Shown here one piece after another: positions 20,939-30,954 of a DNA stretch of 64,000 nt (the stretch's first letter is position 1; each line of letters opens with the position of its first letter). Source of the DNA: Leptonemataceae bacterium (GTDB lineage Bacteria > Spirochaetota > Leptospiria > Leptospirales > Leptonemataceae); assembly GCA_965227295.1 (NCBI GenBank), contig OZ245742.1, positions 5,408,001-5,472,000 on the forward strand, written 5' to 3'. The position numbers and the translations under genes were made by a program. The notes below the pieces were generated by a model, which was given only the letters and a program-made list of their open reading frames with translations, searched no databases and was not told the origin of the DNA.

Positions 20939-21759
20939 GCCTGGGCCCCCGAAGGGCCGGCCACGGCGTCCGCCTGCACCTCGCCTTTTTCGATGTAGGC
21001 GTCCTTGCCGGCCTGCTGCATCACATCGAAGAGATGCACATGCCGCGGGTCGAGGCGCGTGCCGATGTCGTAGTAGGCGCCGTCGAACTTCGCGCCGTCC
21101 ACGTGCGTACCGGTAAGCTTCGCCCAGCGCAAGTCGGAGCCGCGAAAATCGGCGTCCCGAAGGTCGCTGTTATTCAAAAAAGCTCCGCGCAGACGCGCGT
21201 TGCTGAGATTCGCACCGACAAACTTGCAGTTGATGAGATAGGCGTGGCTGAGGTCTGCGCCCTCGAAATCGACGTTGCTGAAGTCCTCGCCTTCGAGGAT
21301 GACCTGTTTGAGTTTTTCGTTCCGAAGATGGCCCTGCTCTTTCAATTTTTCCAGGGCGTAGGCGCGGGAGACCTGGTCGTCCGGCTGGATGCCGGTGCCG
21401 TTGCGATAGTCGGCCATGGCTTTTTGAAGGGCCTCGACCGCGGAGTCCGGGTAGTTCTTGCGGCGCTCCGGAAACTCGAACATATCTTCGATTTTTTCGG
21501 CGCTGATGGCCTCGGCCTCGGTGACGCTCTTGCCCTTCACCCACTCGGTGGCCATGGCCAGGGCGACCAGACCGAAGCCGCAGCCCGTGGTGGTGTAGCT
21601 CGCGTCGGTGACGACATCGTCTTCGATTTTGAGATACAGGCGGTATCCGTCTCCACAGCCCGTGTTCCGGTACGAGGAGACGACGCTCGCTCCTTCCATC
21701 TCACGATAGTTGAGACGCTCGTCGTTGATCTGCTTAAATCTTTCGAAGTCCATCGCCAT
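20935..21759 (-). CDS. IscU/NifU-N scaffold-like domain fused to pentapeptide repeats
   Basis: NTGCGD, TTTGCG; C-terminal A(D/N)L/F repeats (ADLSHA, ANLSNA, SDLRDADF). Confidence 0.85.
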   Translation of the reverse strand: MAMDFERFKQINDERLNYREMEGASVVSSYRNTGCGDGYRLYLKIEDDVVTDASYTTTGCGFGLVALAMATEWVKGKSVTEAEAISAEKIEDMFEFPERRKNYPDSAVEALQKAMADYRNGTGIQPDDQVSRAYALEKLKEQGHLRNEKLKQVILEGEDFSNVDFEGADLSHAYLINCKFVGANLSNARLRGAFLNNSDLRDADFRGSDLRWAKLTGTHVDGAKFDGAYYDIGTRLDPRHVHLFDVMQQAGKDAYIEKGEVQADAVAGPSGAQA

Positions 21760-21832
21760 AGCTGCTAAGGTAAGCCCGCCGGGGAACGGCGTCAAGCCTG
21801 CCTTGGCCCGTTCGACTCCGACTTTCCGAACT

Positions 21833-23434
21833 TCACTGAGACGTAATCGTCGGTGCGCTGAAGCTGTGCAGGCCGTGGACGGAGCCCTGGGCCTGGGCGC
21901 TCACCGTGCGTTTCTCAAAGCGCAGGCGTCCCGTGGCCAGGCGTTCGTGCAGTTCCGGAATGGAGCGGATGCCCATGTCCTGAAAGCTGAGCCGCAGGCC
22001 CTGCATGAGGTATGGGACGTAGCTGAACATCGAGCCCTTGTCAACGACGGCCCCGCTCACGCCCTGGGCCACCTTGACGTCCAGGTCCTCGGAGAAGTAG
22101 CGCTTCTTACCGCCGGCCTCCATGGCCTCCAGAGACGCCATGCCGCGGTAACGCTTGAGGCGGACGCCGTTTTCGTAGAAGTACTCGCCCGGGGCTTCGT
22201 GGGTGCCGGCGAACATGGAACCCATCATGGTGGAGGATGCGCCGATGGCGAGAGCGTTCGCAATGTCGCCGATGTTCGAGATGCCGCCGTCGGCCATGAC
22301 GGGGACGCCTTCCTGACGGGCATACTTCGCCGTGTGATAGACCGCCGTGGCCTGGGCCCGGCCCACGGCCATGGTATCCTGGGTGATGCAGATGGAACCC
22401 GGGCCCATGCCGATGCGCAGCGCGTCGGCGCCGGCGCGAATGAGGTTCCGCGACTGGTCCTTGGTTACGACGTTGCCGGCGATGACTTCGACTTGCGGGT
22501 GGTTCTTCTTTAACCAGCGAATCATTTCGATTTGGTAGTGCGAGTTGCCCTGGGCCGAGTCGATGACCACGGCGTCCACTCCGACGCGGGCGAGCTCGTC
22601 CACGCGATCCCGGGCTTCCAGTTGCGTGGATACCGCGGCACCGCAGCGCAGACGCTTCTTGTCGTCTTTCGATGCGTCCGGAAACTCTTTGTGCTTCTTG
22701 AGATCCGAACGGCAGATGAGTGCGACGAGCTGGCCGCGGTCGTTGATGATGGGCAGCTTGCCCTTCTTGGATTGTTTGAGAATGGAGTTCGCTTCTTTGA
22801 GGTTCAGGCCCTCGTGCGCGGTAATGAGCCGTTCGAGCGGCGTCATGACCTGACGCAACAGAATGCTGTCGTCGGATTCGAAGTCCACGTCCCGGTTCGT
22901 AACGATGCCCACGAGTTTCGAATCCCGCGTGCCGTCCTCGGTGATGGGGATGCCGGAGAAACCGTACTTCTGTTTGATGCGATAGATGTGCTCGATGGTG
23001 TGCTCGGGACTGAGGACGATGGGATCGATGATGAAACCGTTCTTGTAACGCTTCACCTTTTCGACCAGGCGCACCTGTTCTTCCAGGCTGTTGTTGTAGT
23101 GGATGATGCCGATGCCGCCCAGAGACGCCATGGCGATGGCCATCTTATCCTCGGTGACCGTGTCCATGGGGGAGGAGACGATGGGTCGCTTGAGCGTGAT
23201 GTGGCGGGTGAGTCGGGTGCTGAGATCGGCCTCGCTGCTGTGGAAGTCGATGTAGCCCGGCAGAACCAGGTAGTCCCGGTACGTGATGCCGGTGCTGCTC
23301 AGTTCGAAGAGCTGTTCGCCGCTGATTCCGTCGAGGGCGTCGTACTCTTCTTCAGGGATCGGATCTTCTGCGTTGCCATCGGTACGCAGCCCCTCCCGGA
23401 ATTGTTGCTCCTGCTGCTCCGTTGTAATCGCCAT
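21833..23434 (-). CDS. guaB: IMP dehydrogenase with CBS domains
   Basis: [20 protein letters not shown] (catalytic Cys), ADGGI, YRGMAS. Confidence 0.96.
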   Translation of the reverse strand: MAITTEQQEQQFREGLRTDGNAEDPIPEEEYDALDGISGEQLFELSSTGITYRDYLVLPGYIDFHSSEADLSTRLTRHITLKRPIVSSPMDTVTEDKMAIAMASLGGIGIIHYNNSLEEQVRLVEKVKRYKNGFIIDPIVLSPEHTIEHIYRIKQKYGFSGIPITEDGTRDSKLVGIVTNRDVDFESDDSILLRQVMTPLERLITAHEGLNLKEANSILKQSKKGKLPIINDRGQLVALICRSDLKKHKEFPDASKDDKKRLRCGAAVSTQLEARDRVDELARVGVDAVVIDSAQGNSHYQIEMIRWLKKNHPQVEVIAGNVVTKDQSRNLIRAGADALRIGMGPGSICITQDTMAVGRAQATAVYHTAKYARQEGVPVMADGGISNIGDIANALAIGASSTMMGSMFAGTHEAPGEYFYENGVRLKRYRGMASLEAMEAGGKKRYFSEDLDVKVAQGVSGAVVDKGSMFSYVPYLMQGLRLSFQDMGIRSIPELHERLATGRLRFEKRTVSAQAQGSVHGLHSFSAPTITSQ

Positions 23435-23528
23435 TTGATCTATCTCCCTACACTTTTTGTCAGTTTTTTCGGCCCGCGTACCCCGGCAAATACTACTCTG
23501 TTGGATGCAGTGTACTCTGATTTGCTTC

Positions 23529-24770
23529 TCAGATCGCGCGTTTTTTGCGCAGTTCCGTCGTTTGTTCGGGGCTGAATCCCAATTCACTTAAGATTTCATC
23601 GGTATGCTCGCCGTGCTCCGGAGGCGCCAGCGGGTAATCACACGGCGTGTCCGAAAATGCGAAGGGCGCGCCGATCTGGAGAATCTCGCCGAGACGCGGG
23701 TGTTGCATTCTGCGGACCATGCCGCGCTCATTCAGTTGGGGGTCCGCGAAAGCCTCCTCGATGCTGTTCACCGGGGCGAGGCAGGTCTCCGGATTCGCGA
23801 AGAGCTCCGACCATTCATCACGGTTGCGTTCGCGAAAGATCTGCTCCAGTTGCGGCTTGATCTTCGCGAGAGCGGCCGCCGTGAGCTCCACTCCGTCCAG
23901 GATTTCCTCGCGGCCGATCTGCCGCAAGAATCCGCGAAAGAAGCGCTCTTCGAGAGCGCCGAGCATGACGTAGCGCCCGTCCTTGCACTCGTAGACATTG
24001 TAGTTCGGCAGGCCGCCGCTCAGGTCCATCTCACCCCGGCGCGGGTTCTCACCGGACGCCATGTACTCGCCGGCGTGGAGGGAAAGAAAACTGAAGGCCC
24101 CGTCCATCATGCTGATGTCGACGAACTGGCCGCGGCCGGTTTTCTCGCGGGCGTAAAGTGCCGCGAGAATGGAAGACAGGGCGATGAGCGTGCCGCCGCC
24201 GATGTCGGCGACCTGGAAGCCCGGAAGCACCGGGGCCCCACCGGCATGGCCCGTGATGTCGAGCAGGCCGGAGTAAGCGATGTAGTTGCCGTCGTGTCCG
24301 GCCAGGCGTTCGTACGGGCCGCTCGCCCCGTACCCGGAGATGGCGCAGTAGATGAGGCGCGGATACTTTTCTTTGAGCTGCGGGTAACCGATGCCCATGG
24401 CTTCCAGCGTGCCCGGCCGAAATCCTTCGAGGAGGATGTCCGCGTCCTCCAGGAGTTTGTGCAACACCTCGCGTCCCTCCGGGCGTTTGATGTTGATGGT
24501 CATAGCGCGCTTGTTGCGGTTCACCATGAGATACAGGCCGCTCTCGTTGTCGTCGTTGCGCTCGCCGGCATTCTTTTGCCCGTCCTTGCCGAGGCGCGCG
24601 CCCATGAGCCGCGTCATGTCCGGCATGCGTGGGTTTTCGATTTTGATGACGTCGGCGCCCATGTCGCCCAGGTGCATGGAACACAGCGGGCCGGGCAATA
24701 GCAGCGAAAGATCGACGACGCGCACGCCGGCCAGCGGGCCGCTGCGCGAGGGGGTTCCGGTATGCGACAT
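23529..24770 (-). CDS. CaiB/BaiF family CoA-transferase
   Basis: [36 protein letters not shown]. Confidence 0.93.
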   Translation of the reverse strand: MSHTGTPSRSGPLAGVRVVDLSLLLPGPLCSMHLGDMGADVIKIENPRMPDMTRLMGARLGKDGQKNAGERNDDNESGLYLMVNRNKRAMTINIKRPEGREVLHKLLEDADILLEGFRPGTLEAMGIGYPQLKEKYPRLIYCAISGYGASGPYERLAGHDGNYIAYSGLLDITGHAGGAPVLPGFQVADIGGGTLIALSSILAALYAREKTGRGQFVDISMMDGAFSFLSLHAGEYMASGENPRRGEMDLSGGLPNYNVYECKDGRYVMLGALEERFFRGFLRQIGREEILDGVELTAAALAKIKPQLEQIFRERNRDEWSELFANPETCLAPVNSIEEAFADPQLNERGMVRRMQHPRLGEILQIGAPFAFSDTPCDYPLAPPEHGEHTDEILSELGFSPEQTTELRKKRAI

Positions 24771-24916
24771 AACGAATGGCCAGCCTGGCACGGCGGCGCG
24801 CGGTACGTCAAGCCAGTGGGCGCAGGGAAAATGCTTTGATCTCAAAAAACCGTGGAGAACTACGACGATTGGAACTGGAAGTCGGCGCTGGTTTTCGACT
24901 CTTGCGTTAGCGATCT

Positions 24917-26464
24917 TTATTTCGCCGCGCGCTTCTTCGCATTGCGCTTACGAACCACTTTCCCGATCATACTTTGCGGCATCATCTTGCGCAGCGACGG
25001 GTCCTCGAACTTACTGCGCAGGAGCCAGTCTTTCTTAACGTACTTGCGTTGAAACTCTTCGGCGATGGCGATGATTTGATCGAGGTCGCTGGAAATGCGA
25101 ACGTCCTGTTGCAGCGGCTCCTTGCGATGAGCGGAGTAATCGGTGTAACTGAATACATAGGCGGGGTAGTCCGGATCGACTTCGTCTTTGTTCGTCTGCC
25201 ACACCACGAACTTACGCACGGCCTGTCGACCGCGGCTGTACACGAGGCGCAGTAGAATCTGTGACGGCGGATACTCAATGCGCGGGACGGTCGGCTGAAA
25301 ACCGTCGATGAACACAAGGTCCGTGATCTGGGTGATGCGGACGTCCGGATAAACGGCGGACTTATCCTCGCGCATCCGAATGAACGTATTGCGCTGCATG
25401 CTGACGAACGGCACGTTTCGCACGACGCGGTAGGTTTTGTAGGTTTCGTGCTCGTACTCCAGCAACATGCGCAGATACGGCCGGCCGCCGCTGCGTTTCG
25501 TGAGAATGTCATCGCTGTTGAACTCAATGACGATGCGCGGCTCCACCATGTGATAGGCCGACTGCTGCGAATCCACGTGCACGTACCCGGAATTGATCTC
25601 CAGCTTTCGTAGCCGGTCGTAAAGTTCGCGGCGTTCGTCGTCACTGAATCCGTCGGAGACGCGCGTTAGAATCTGGAACGTGCCGTCTTCGCGCATGAGC
25701 GCGGTGAGTACCGAAGCGACGCGGCCCTGCCCCCGCGCGTCCGTGAACGCTTTGTAACCGACGATCACCGCATCCACACGATGCTCCGCCTTGAACTTGT
25801 AGCGGAACGGCAGATCGCTGCGAATCATTACGCCTTCGGCGCCGAATTCGCGGACCTGGCGCTCGTAGTACTGTAAGATGTCGCCGCGATCTTCGCTGAC
25901 GATCGTTTCCACGGGCGGCACCGGAGTTCCGGCAAAGAGAGTCTGCAGGCGTTCGTAAACCTGATCGTAGTCGTCGAAGTACTCGCCGTCCAGTTCAATG
26001 ATATCGAACGGAGCAAACCAGAGTTGCTCCAGATCTTTCGCGGTCTCCGGCCGGGACGTCAGTCGAATCACGTCGAAGATGCGCGTACGGTTGCCGTCCT
26101 CGCGCAGGACGATGAGTTCGCCCGGGATCAGGGCCGTGCGCACGCCGGCACGTTTCAAGATTTCCGCGGCCGTGTCGATGACAGGCAGGCCAATGTAAAC
26201 CGCGCCGCTCGGTCGAATCAAACAAGCGTTGCCGCGCTCGTAATACAATATGCTGTGCTCGCCGTCCATCTTGCGCGAGACGTAGAAGCGCGAGCCCGGC
26301 AGCCGGGGGACATCGCCCGCGTTGATCGAAGTGAATCGTGCGGCGACCTTTTCTTTATAGTCGCGCACCATGCGCAGCAGGTTCGGCTCAATGCTCTCCC
26401 GCGGGAGAATGTGAAAGTCTCCCAGGATGCGTCGCGCGATGGATGGATCGAGGTGAATCCTCAC
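24917..26464 (-). CDS. ATP-dependent DNA ligase-like protein (NTase + OB + WGR-like C-terminus)
   Basis: Motifs I RKMDGEH, III GEL, IIIa FAPFDII, IV AEGVMIR, V YKFK; OB DAVIVGY, DGFSDDER; VI FIRMREDK. Confidence 0.85.
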   Translation of the reverse strand: MRIHLDPSIARRILGDFHILPRESIEPNLLRMVRDYKEKVAARFTSINAGDVPRLPGSRFYVSRKMDGEHSILYYERGNACLIRPSGAVYIGLPVIDTAAEILKRAGVRTALIPGELIVLREDGNRTRIFDVIRLTSRPETAKDLEQLWFAPFDIIELDGEYFDDYDQVYERLQTLFAGTPVPPVETIVSEDRGDILQYYERQVREFGAEGVMIRSDLPFRYKFKAEHRVDAVIVGYKAFTDARGQGRVASVLTALMREDGTFQILTRVSDGFSDDERRELYDRLRKLEINSGYVHVDSQQSAYHMVEPRIVIEFNSDDILTKRSGGRPYLRMLLEYEHETYKTYRVVRNVPFVSMQRNTFIRMREDKSAVYPDVRITQITDLVFIDGFQPTVPRIEYPPSQILLRLVYSRGRQAVRKFVVWQTNKDEVDPDYPAYVFSYTDYSAHRKEPLQQDVRISSDLDQIIAIAEEFQRKYVKKDWLLRSKFEDPSLRKMMPQSMIGKVVRKRNAKKRAAK

Positions 26465-27162
26465 GTTAGATCTTTCAACTCCAGGTTCGAAAGATGCAGC
26501 GCGAGGCGATAGGCGCGCCCGCGAACGCGTCCTTCAAGGAACGCACGGTACGGCAGGCCGCCGCGACTGAGCACCAGCGGCTCGTCTCCGCCGGGACCGC
26601 CGCCCAGAACCATGAAGGCGTTGCGTTGCTGAAGGTCCCGGGCCATGCCGTAGAGAAAGTCGTAGGTCAGGCCGTTGACGTGGCTTAACTGATACACACG
26701 AGAACTTACGAACATCGTGACGGCCTGGTCTTTCGAAAGATAACGTCCCGTCCACAGCACGGGGATTTCCGCGGAGATGTTGGCTTCGAGGGGCAGCCAC
26801 TCCCGGCGGCCCTGCTCGTTGCCGTCCGGGCCGTACTCGACTTCCTGCCAGCGGACCTGGTAAGCGATGTCCCCACCGGACTTGAGAAAGATGCGCCGGG
26901 TGTTCCGTACGATGCGGCCCGTGATCTCGAAATCGATCTCCGGGTCCTCGCGAATCAGAGCTTCGGCGACGTGTTCGGGACCGCCGGCTTCCGCGACGAT
27001 GCGTTCGTAACCGGTGGTCGCCGTGCTCTTCACGTAACGTACGGCTTGCGCCTGGTTTCCGGAGGCGTCCTGAAACGACGGGGCTTCCGCCTCAACCGGG
27101 GCGCGCTCCAGACCGACCAGTGCGTCACGGCGCTGATGATCGCTAAGATTGATTGATCGCAT
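26461..27162 (-). CDS. Hypothetical protein, possible divergent Ku-like core
   Basis: Coupled to both neighbours; C-terminal half (VYQL...YDFLYGMARDL...LVLSRGG...AFLEG...YRLALHL) resembles the Ku barrel pattern by eye. Confidence 0.6.
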   Translation of the reverse strand: MRSINLSDHQRRDALVGLERAPVEAEAPSFQDASGNQAQAVRYVKSTATTGYERIVAEAGGPEHVAEALIREDPEIDFEITGRIVRNTRRIFLKSGGDIAYQVRWQEVEYGPDGNEQGRREWLPLEANISAEIPVLWTGRYLSKDQAVTMFVSSRVYQLSHVNGLTYDFLYGMARDLQQRNAFMVLGGGPGGDEPLVLSRGGLPYRAFLEGRVRGRAYRLALHLSNLELKDLT

Positions 27163-27163
27163 A

Positions 27164-27802
27164 TTAAGAATCGTCTCCGGTTCCGCGCGAATGTCTTCCG
27201 GAACGTTGCATGGAAAAATCGAGGTCTTGCTCGCCCGGATCTTCGAATTCGTCGATGCGGCCGGTGTCCGCCCGTTCGAGGAAGTCCAGTTGTACGCGTC
27301 GACCGGTGACGAGAAAGAGTCGGCCCCGCGCGGGAATCAAGAATCCGGTCTCCGGCGAATGTCCCCCGCGGTACGAGAAGGGAAAACCGTAGAGTTCCTC
27401 ATGATCGCCGAGGGCCTCTGTTAATTCCGGAAGCGCCTCGCCGCGCAGAACATACACGGACGAAATCTCGTGATCATAATACTCATCGAGACCGAAGCGT
27501 TCCTGCAACACGATGGGTGCGTGAAACGCAGACGGCACTTCCGGTAACGGCCGGCCTGCGGCATCGACGGCGCTGAGCTCCGTGGGAGACAGCCACTGTC
27601 CGGCCTCGTTCAGATAACCGCTGCCCGTAGAACGAATCACGGTGGAGCCGTGATCATCGACGGCGGCCGGCTGTAGTTCACTACCGTAGTTGTCGACGGG
27701 CAGCCGTTCGCTGCGACCATAGAGCCGCGGCCGATCGATCTTCGCCGGCTGCAACGCAAACTCGCGGCCGTCGTGCAACTGGAATGTGAGAGTGCGGGGC
27801 AT
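27164..27802 (-). CDS. Hypothetical protein, possible divergent Ku-like core with acidic tail
   Basis: GSGYLNEAGQWLSPTEL, IVLQERF, VYVL...LTEAL, FSYRGG...GFLIPARGRLFLVT; ORF extends to 27841. Confidence 0.6.
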   Translation of the reverse strand: MPRTLTFQLHDGREFALQPAKIDRPRLYGRSERLPVDNYGSELQPAAVDDHGSTVIRSTGSGYLNEAGQWLSPTELSAVDAAGRPLPEVPSAFHAPIVLQERFGLDEYYDHEISSVYVLRGEALPELTEALGDHEELYGFPFSYRGGHSPETGFLIPARGRLFLVTGRRVQLDFLERADTGRIDEFEDPGEQDLDFSMQRSGRHSRGTGDDS

Positions 27803-27988
27803 CGCAGGGGAACTCTCGCGCAAGAACGCGATTTCTTCCATTAATAAACTACAAAAATGATCGGCACGGCGACCGTCCCGGGCAAGCCTGGAAGCGTGGG
27901 TCTCTCGATTTTTCTCGGCGACCGCATTACCGAGGGCCGGCTGCGTCCCGCGGATCGCGGGACGTTACCGAAGCGAATCTGCGCACAC

Positions 27989-28999
27989 TTACGGAACGAA
28001 TCGGCCGAGGACGCGCCGTAAGAATTCCTCGCCGCGTCCGTGACGAATGCGCAGCTCCATTTCGAGGACGTGCAACCGGGAGCGCCAGTCCGGGTTCTCG
28101 TCGCGGCGCAAAAGATCGTCGATACGCACGAAGTCCTTCGCCGTCGTAATCCAGGGCAGCTCCGGCGGATCGGCAAAGAGCCGGTCCAGGTCTCGCCGCG
28201 CATAGAAATGATGATCGGGAAAACTGCGGCGCTCTGTTAATATGATTCCATATGTACTTAAAGAATTAAAAAAGGCCTCCGGATTGCCGATGCCGCAGAA
28301 GGCTCCGGCCGGAGTCCCGGCGGTGAGCGGCGGTTCAATGGAACGCGGGGCGTGTTCGGCCTCGTAGATTGTTGCATGGGCATGCGCAGCCAGGGCTTCG
28401 TGCCAGGCCTTCAGCAACTCATCGCCGGCCAGGTTCGCCCTCGTCAGTAAGATCGTATCCGCGCGAGTTAAGGCATCGAGGCGTTCCCTGAAGCGGCCCG
28501 CGGGAAAGACCCGCACGCGCTCCGGCGGCACCGTAGCGTCGATCAACACGAGTTCGTGATCGCGATACACCAGGGGATTCTGAAAGGCGTCGTCCAGTAA
28601 AACGCAGTCCGCCGAAGTACCAAAACGTTCGATCAACACGGCCCGCTTCGGACCGGCCGCCACACGCAGCCCCGGCGAACGTGCGAGTAACAACGCTTCG
28701 TCTCCGGCCGTGCGGACATCCGCAAACAGCCGCTCGCCGTCGGAGACCAGGACACCCTCCGGATTCTTTGACGCCGTGGCCCCGTAACCGCGCAGAGCAG
28801 CCAGGGTCGGAATGCCCAGGCGTTCCAGTTCGGCGGCCAACAGTAACGTCGCCGGAGTCTTGCCGGTGCCGCCGGCGGAGATGTTACCGACGGAGACGAC
28901 GTACTTGTGTTCGTAACGCCGCTGATCCCGGAGACGACGGGCGTAGGTACGCCGGTGCAAGAACAGATAGAGTTCCTCAAGCAGGCGCAGAGGATTCAT
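27989..28999 (-). CDS. lpxK: Tetraacyldisaccharide 4'-kinase
   Basis: VSVGNISAGGTGKTP, RGYG, GDEALLL, LDDAFQ, AFCGIGNP, FPDHH, ITTAKD. Confidence 0.93.
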   Translation of the reverse strand: MNPLRLLEELYLFLHRRTYARRLRDQRRYEHKYVVSVGNISAGGTGKTPATLLLAAELERLGIPTLAALRGYGATASKNPEGVLVSDGERLFADVRTAGDEALLLARSPGLRVAAGPKRAVLIERFGTSADCVLLDDAFQNPLVYRDHELVLIDATVPPERVRVFPAGRFRERLDALTRADTILLTRANLAGDELLKAWHEALAAHAHATIYEAEHAPRSIEPPLTAGTPAGAFCGIGNPEAFFNSLSTYGIILTERRSFPDHHFYARRDLDRLFADPPELPWITTAKDFVRIDDLLRRDENPDWRSRLHVLEMELRIRHGRGEEFLRRVLGRFVP

Positions 29000-29000
29000 C

Positions 29001-30953
29001 TCAGCCTTCCGGGCGGCCGTCGGCGAACTGCATCTCGTAGAGCTTGCGGTAAATTTTACCGTTATCAAGCAATTCTTGATGCGTGCCGCGTTCCACGATG
29101 CGGCCCTGGTCGAGGACGAGGATCTGATCCGAGCGATAGATCGTCGAAAGGCGGTGCGCGATGATGAAGACCGTGCGCCCCTGGAGCAGGCGTTCCACGG
29201 CCTGCTGGACCAACAGCTCGCTCTCGTTGTCCAGGTTCGAGGTGGCCTCGTCGAAAATCAAAACGGGAGGATCCAACAAGAGTGCCCGCGCGATGGCGAG
29301 ACGCTGGCGCTGACCGCCGCTCAACATCACACCACGTTCTCCGATGGGAGTATCGTAGCCTTCGGGAAGTTTTTCGATGAATTCGTGGGCGTTCGCCGCG
29401 CGGGATACTTCCTCGACACGTTCGTTGGAAACATCCGGCCGCGCGTAAGCGATGTTCTCGCGCACGGTGGCGTTGAACATGAACACGTCCTGGCTGACGA
29501 TGCCCACGGCCTTGCGCAAATCGGTGAGTTCGATTTCCCGAATATCGACGCCGTCGATGCTGATGCTGCCGGCGTTTACATCATAGAGACGCGGCAGGAG
29601 GTCCACCAGGGTACTCTTGCCGGCACCGGACGAACCGACAAGGGCGACGCTCCGCCCGCGTTCCACGGAAAAGCTGATGCCTTCGAGAGCCGGGCGCTCG
29701 CTGCCGGGGTATCCAAACGTAACATTATCGTAAGTTACGGACTTACGCACGTCTTTCAGCGGCTTCGGGTTCGGCGCGTTCTCCACGCCCGCCGGCAGGT
29801 CCATCATCTCGAAGATCCGCAGCGCCGCCGCATGGGTCGCGCTGAGCAGGTTGATCATGATCGAAACATGTTTGATAGGCCGCATCACAAACAGCAGCGT
29901 CAGAAAAAAACCGAAGAACTCGCCGCGGTTCAGCGGATTCTCCCGACCGATGGCCATGGTGATTTCGTAAGCGCCCCAGACCAGGAAAGCCGCCACCACG
30001 GCCGTGCCCGTGAACTCGGTGAGCGCCGGACCCACCTGGTGAAAGTAATGTCCCTTAAACGTATGGCTGTAGAGGCGTTCGTTGATTTCGCCGAAGCGAC
30101 GGCGTTCGAAACCTTCCATGGAAAACGCGCGAATCACGCGGATGCCGCCGATGACTTCCTGAATGTGCCCGCTCAGATCGGCCAGCTTCTCCTGTTGTCC
30201 CGTGTAAGCCCGGCGAATGCGCGTGGCGAAGTTGCTCACCGGCACAACGACGATGGGCACGATGAACACCGAGATGAACAGCATCTGCGGTGAAATGTAT
30301 GCGAGCAGGCCCAGGTGCGTAAGGATGTAGAAGATGTTGATCAGCGCCTCGTTGAATTCAACGGAGATGGACTTCGCCACCACCTCGACATCGTTGACGA
30401 TGCGCGACATGACGATGCCCGTGCGTTCTTTCTGAAAGTAATCGATGCCGAGCCGGTTGAGCTGGCGATAGAGGCGCATGCGAATGTCCCGCACGGCGTA
30501 TAAACCGGCGGTGCCGACGAAATAGACCGTGCCGGTGATGCAGACGATCTTCAATAGATAGACAGGAAAAATCGCCAGGCACAACCAGATGATGGCCTCG
30601 CCCGCCGTACTTCCTTCCACCTGGCGATTCAACCAGACTTTTGCGGCGGTGAACTGAGCGCGTAAGACCTCGGTGGATTGGTCCTGCCGGCCCTCGAGAT
30701 AGATCTCGTACTGCTTTTGTTCGTCGTCGCCGATCTCAAAGAGAACCACGGTGCCCTCTTTGCCCATGAGATTGAATATGGGAATGAACGCCGTGAGGGA
30801 AACCAGGTTCGTCAGGGAAACGACGAGCGCCAGCACGAGACCGGCGACGATGCGCAGACGATAATGAAATACGTAAGCGAAGAGCCGGCCGAGGACCCGC
30901 AGCCGGCCCGGATCGTTCTGATCGGCGTCTTTCTTAACATCTTTCTGTGACAT
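29001..30953 (-). CDS. msbA: MsbA-like ABC exporter (lipid A flippase candidate)
   Basis: TM domain + GSSGAGKST, LSGGQRQR, DEATS; lies between bamA and lpxK. Confidence 0.85.
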   Translation of the reverse strand: MSQKDVKKDADQNDPGRLRVLGRLFAYVFHYRLRIVAGLVLALVVSLTNLVSLTAFIPIFNLMGKEGTVVLFEIGDDEQKQYEIYLEGRQDQSTEVLRAQFTAAKVWLNRQVEGSTAGEAIIWLCLAIFPVYLLKIVCITGTVYFVGTAGLYAVRDIRMRLYRQLNRLGIDYFQKERTGIVMSRIVNDVEVVAKSISVEFNEALINIFYILTHLGLLAYISPQMLFISVFIVPIVVVPVSNFATRIRRAYTGQQEKLADLSGHIQEVIGGIRVIRAFSMEGFERRRFGEINERLYSHTFKGHYFHQVGPALTEFTGTAVVAAFLVWGAYEITMAIGRENPLNRGEFFGFFLTLLFVMRPIKHVSIMINLLSATHAAALRIFEMMDLPAGVENAPNPKPLKDVRKSVTYDNVTFGYPGSERPALEGISFSVERGRSVALVGSSGAGKSTLVDLLPRLYDVNAGSISIDGVDIREIELTDLRKAVGIVSQDVFMFNATVRENIAYARPDVSNERVEEVSRAANAHEFIEKLPEGYDTPIGERGVMLSGGQRQRLAIARALLLDPPVLIFDEATSNLDNESELLVQQAVERLLQGRTVFIIAHRLSTIYRSDQILVLDQGRIVERGTHQELLDNGKIYRKLYEMQFADGRPEG

Positions 30954-30954
30954 C

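Noticed and set aside
24917..26464. Calling the ligase LigD or a phage ligase
   Set aside because: No POL or PE domain motifs, and no phage genes or integrase nearby
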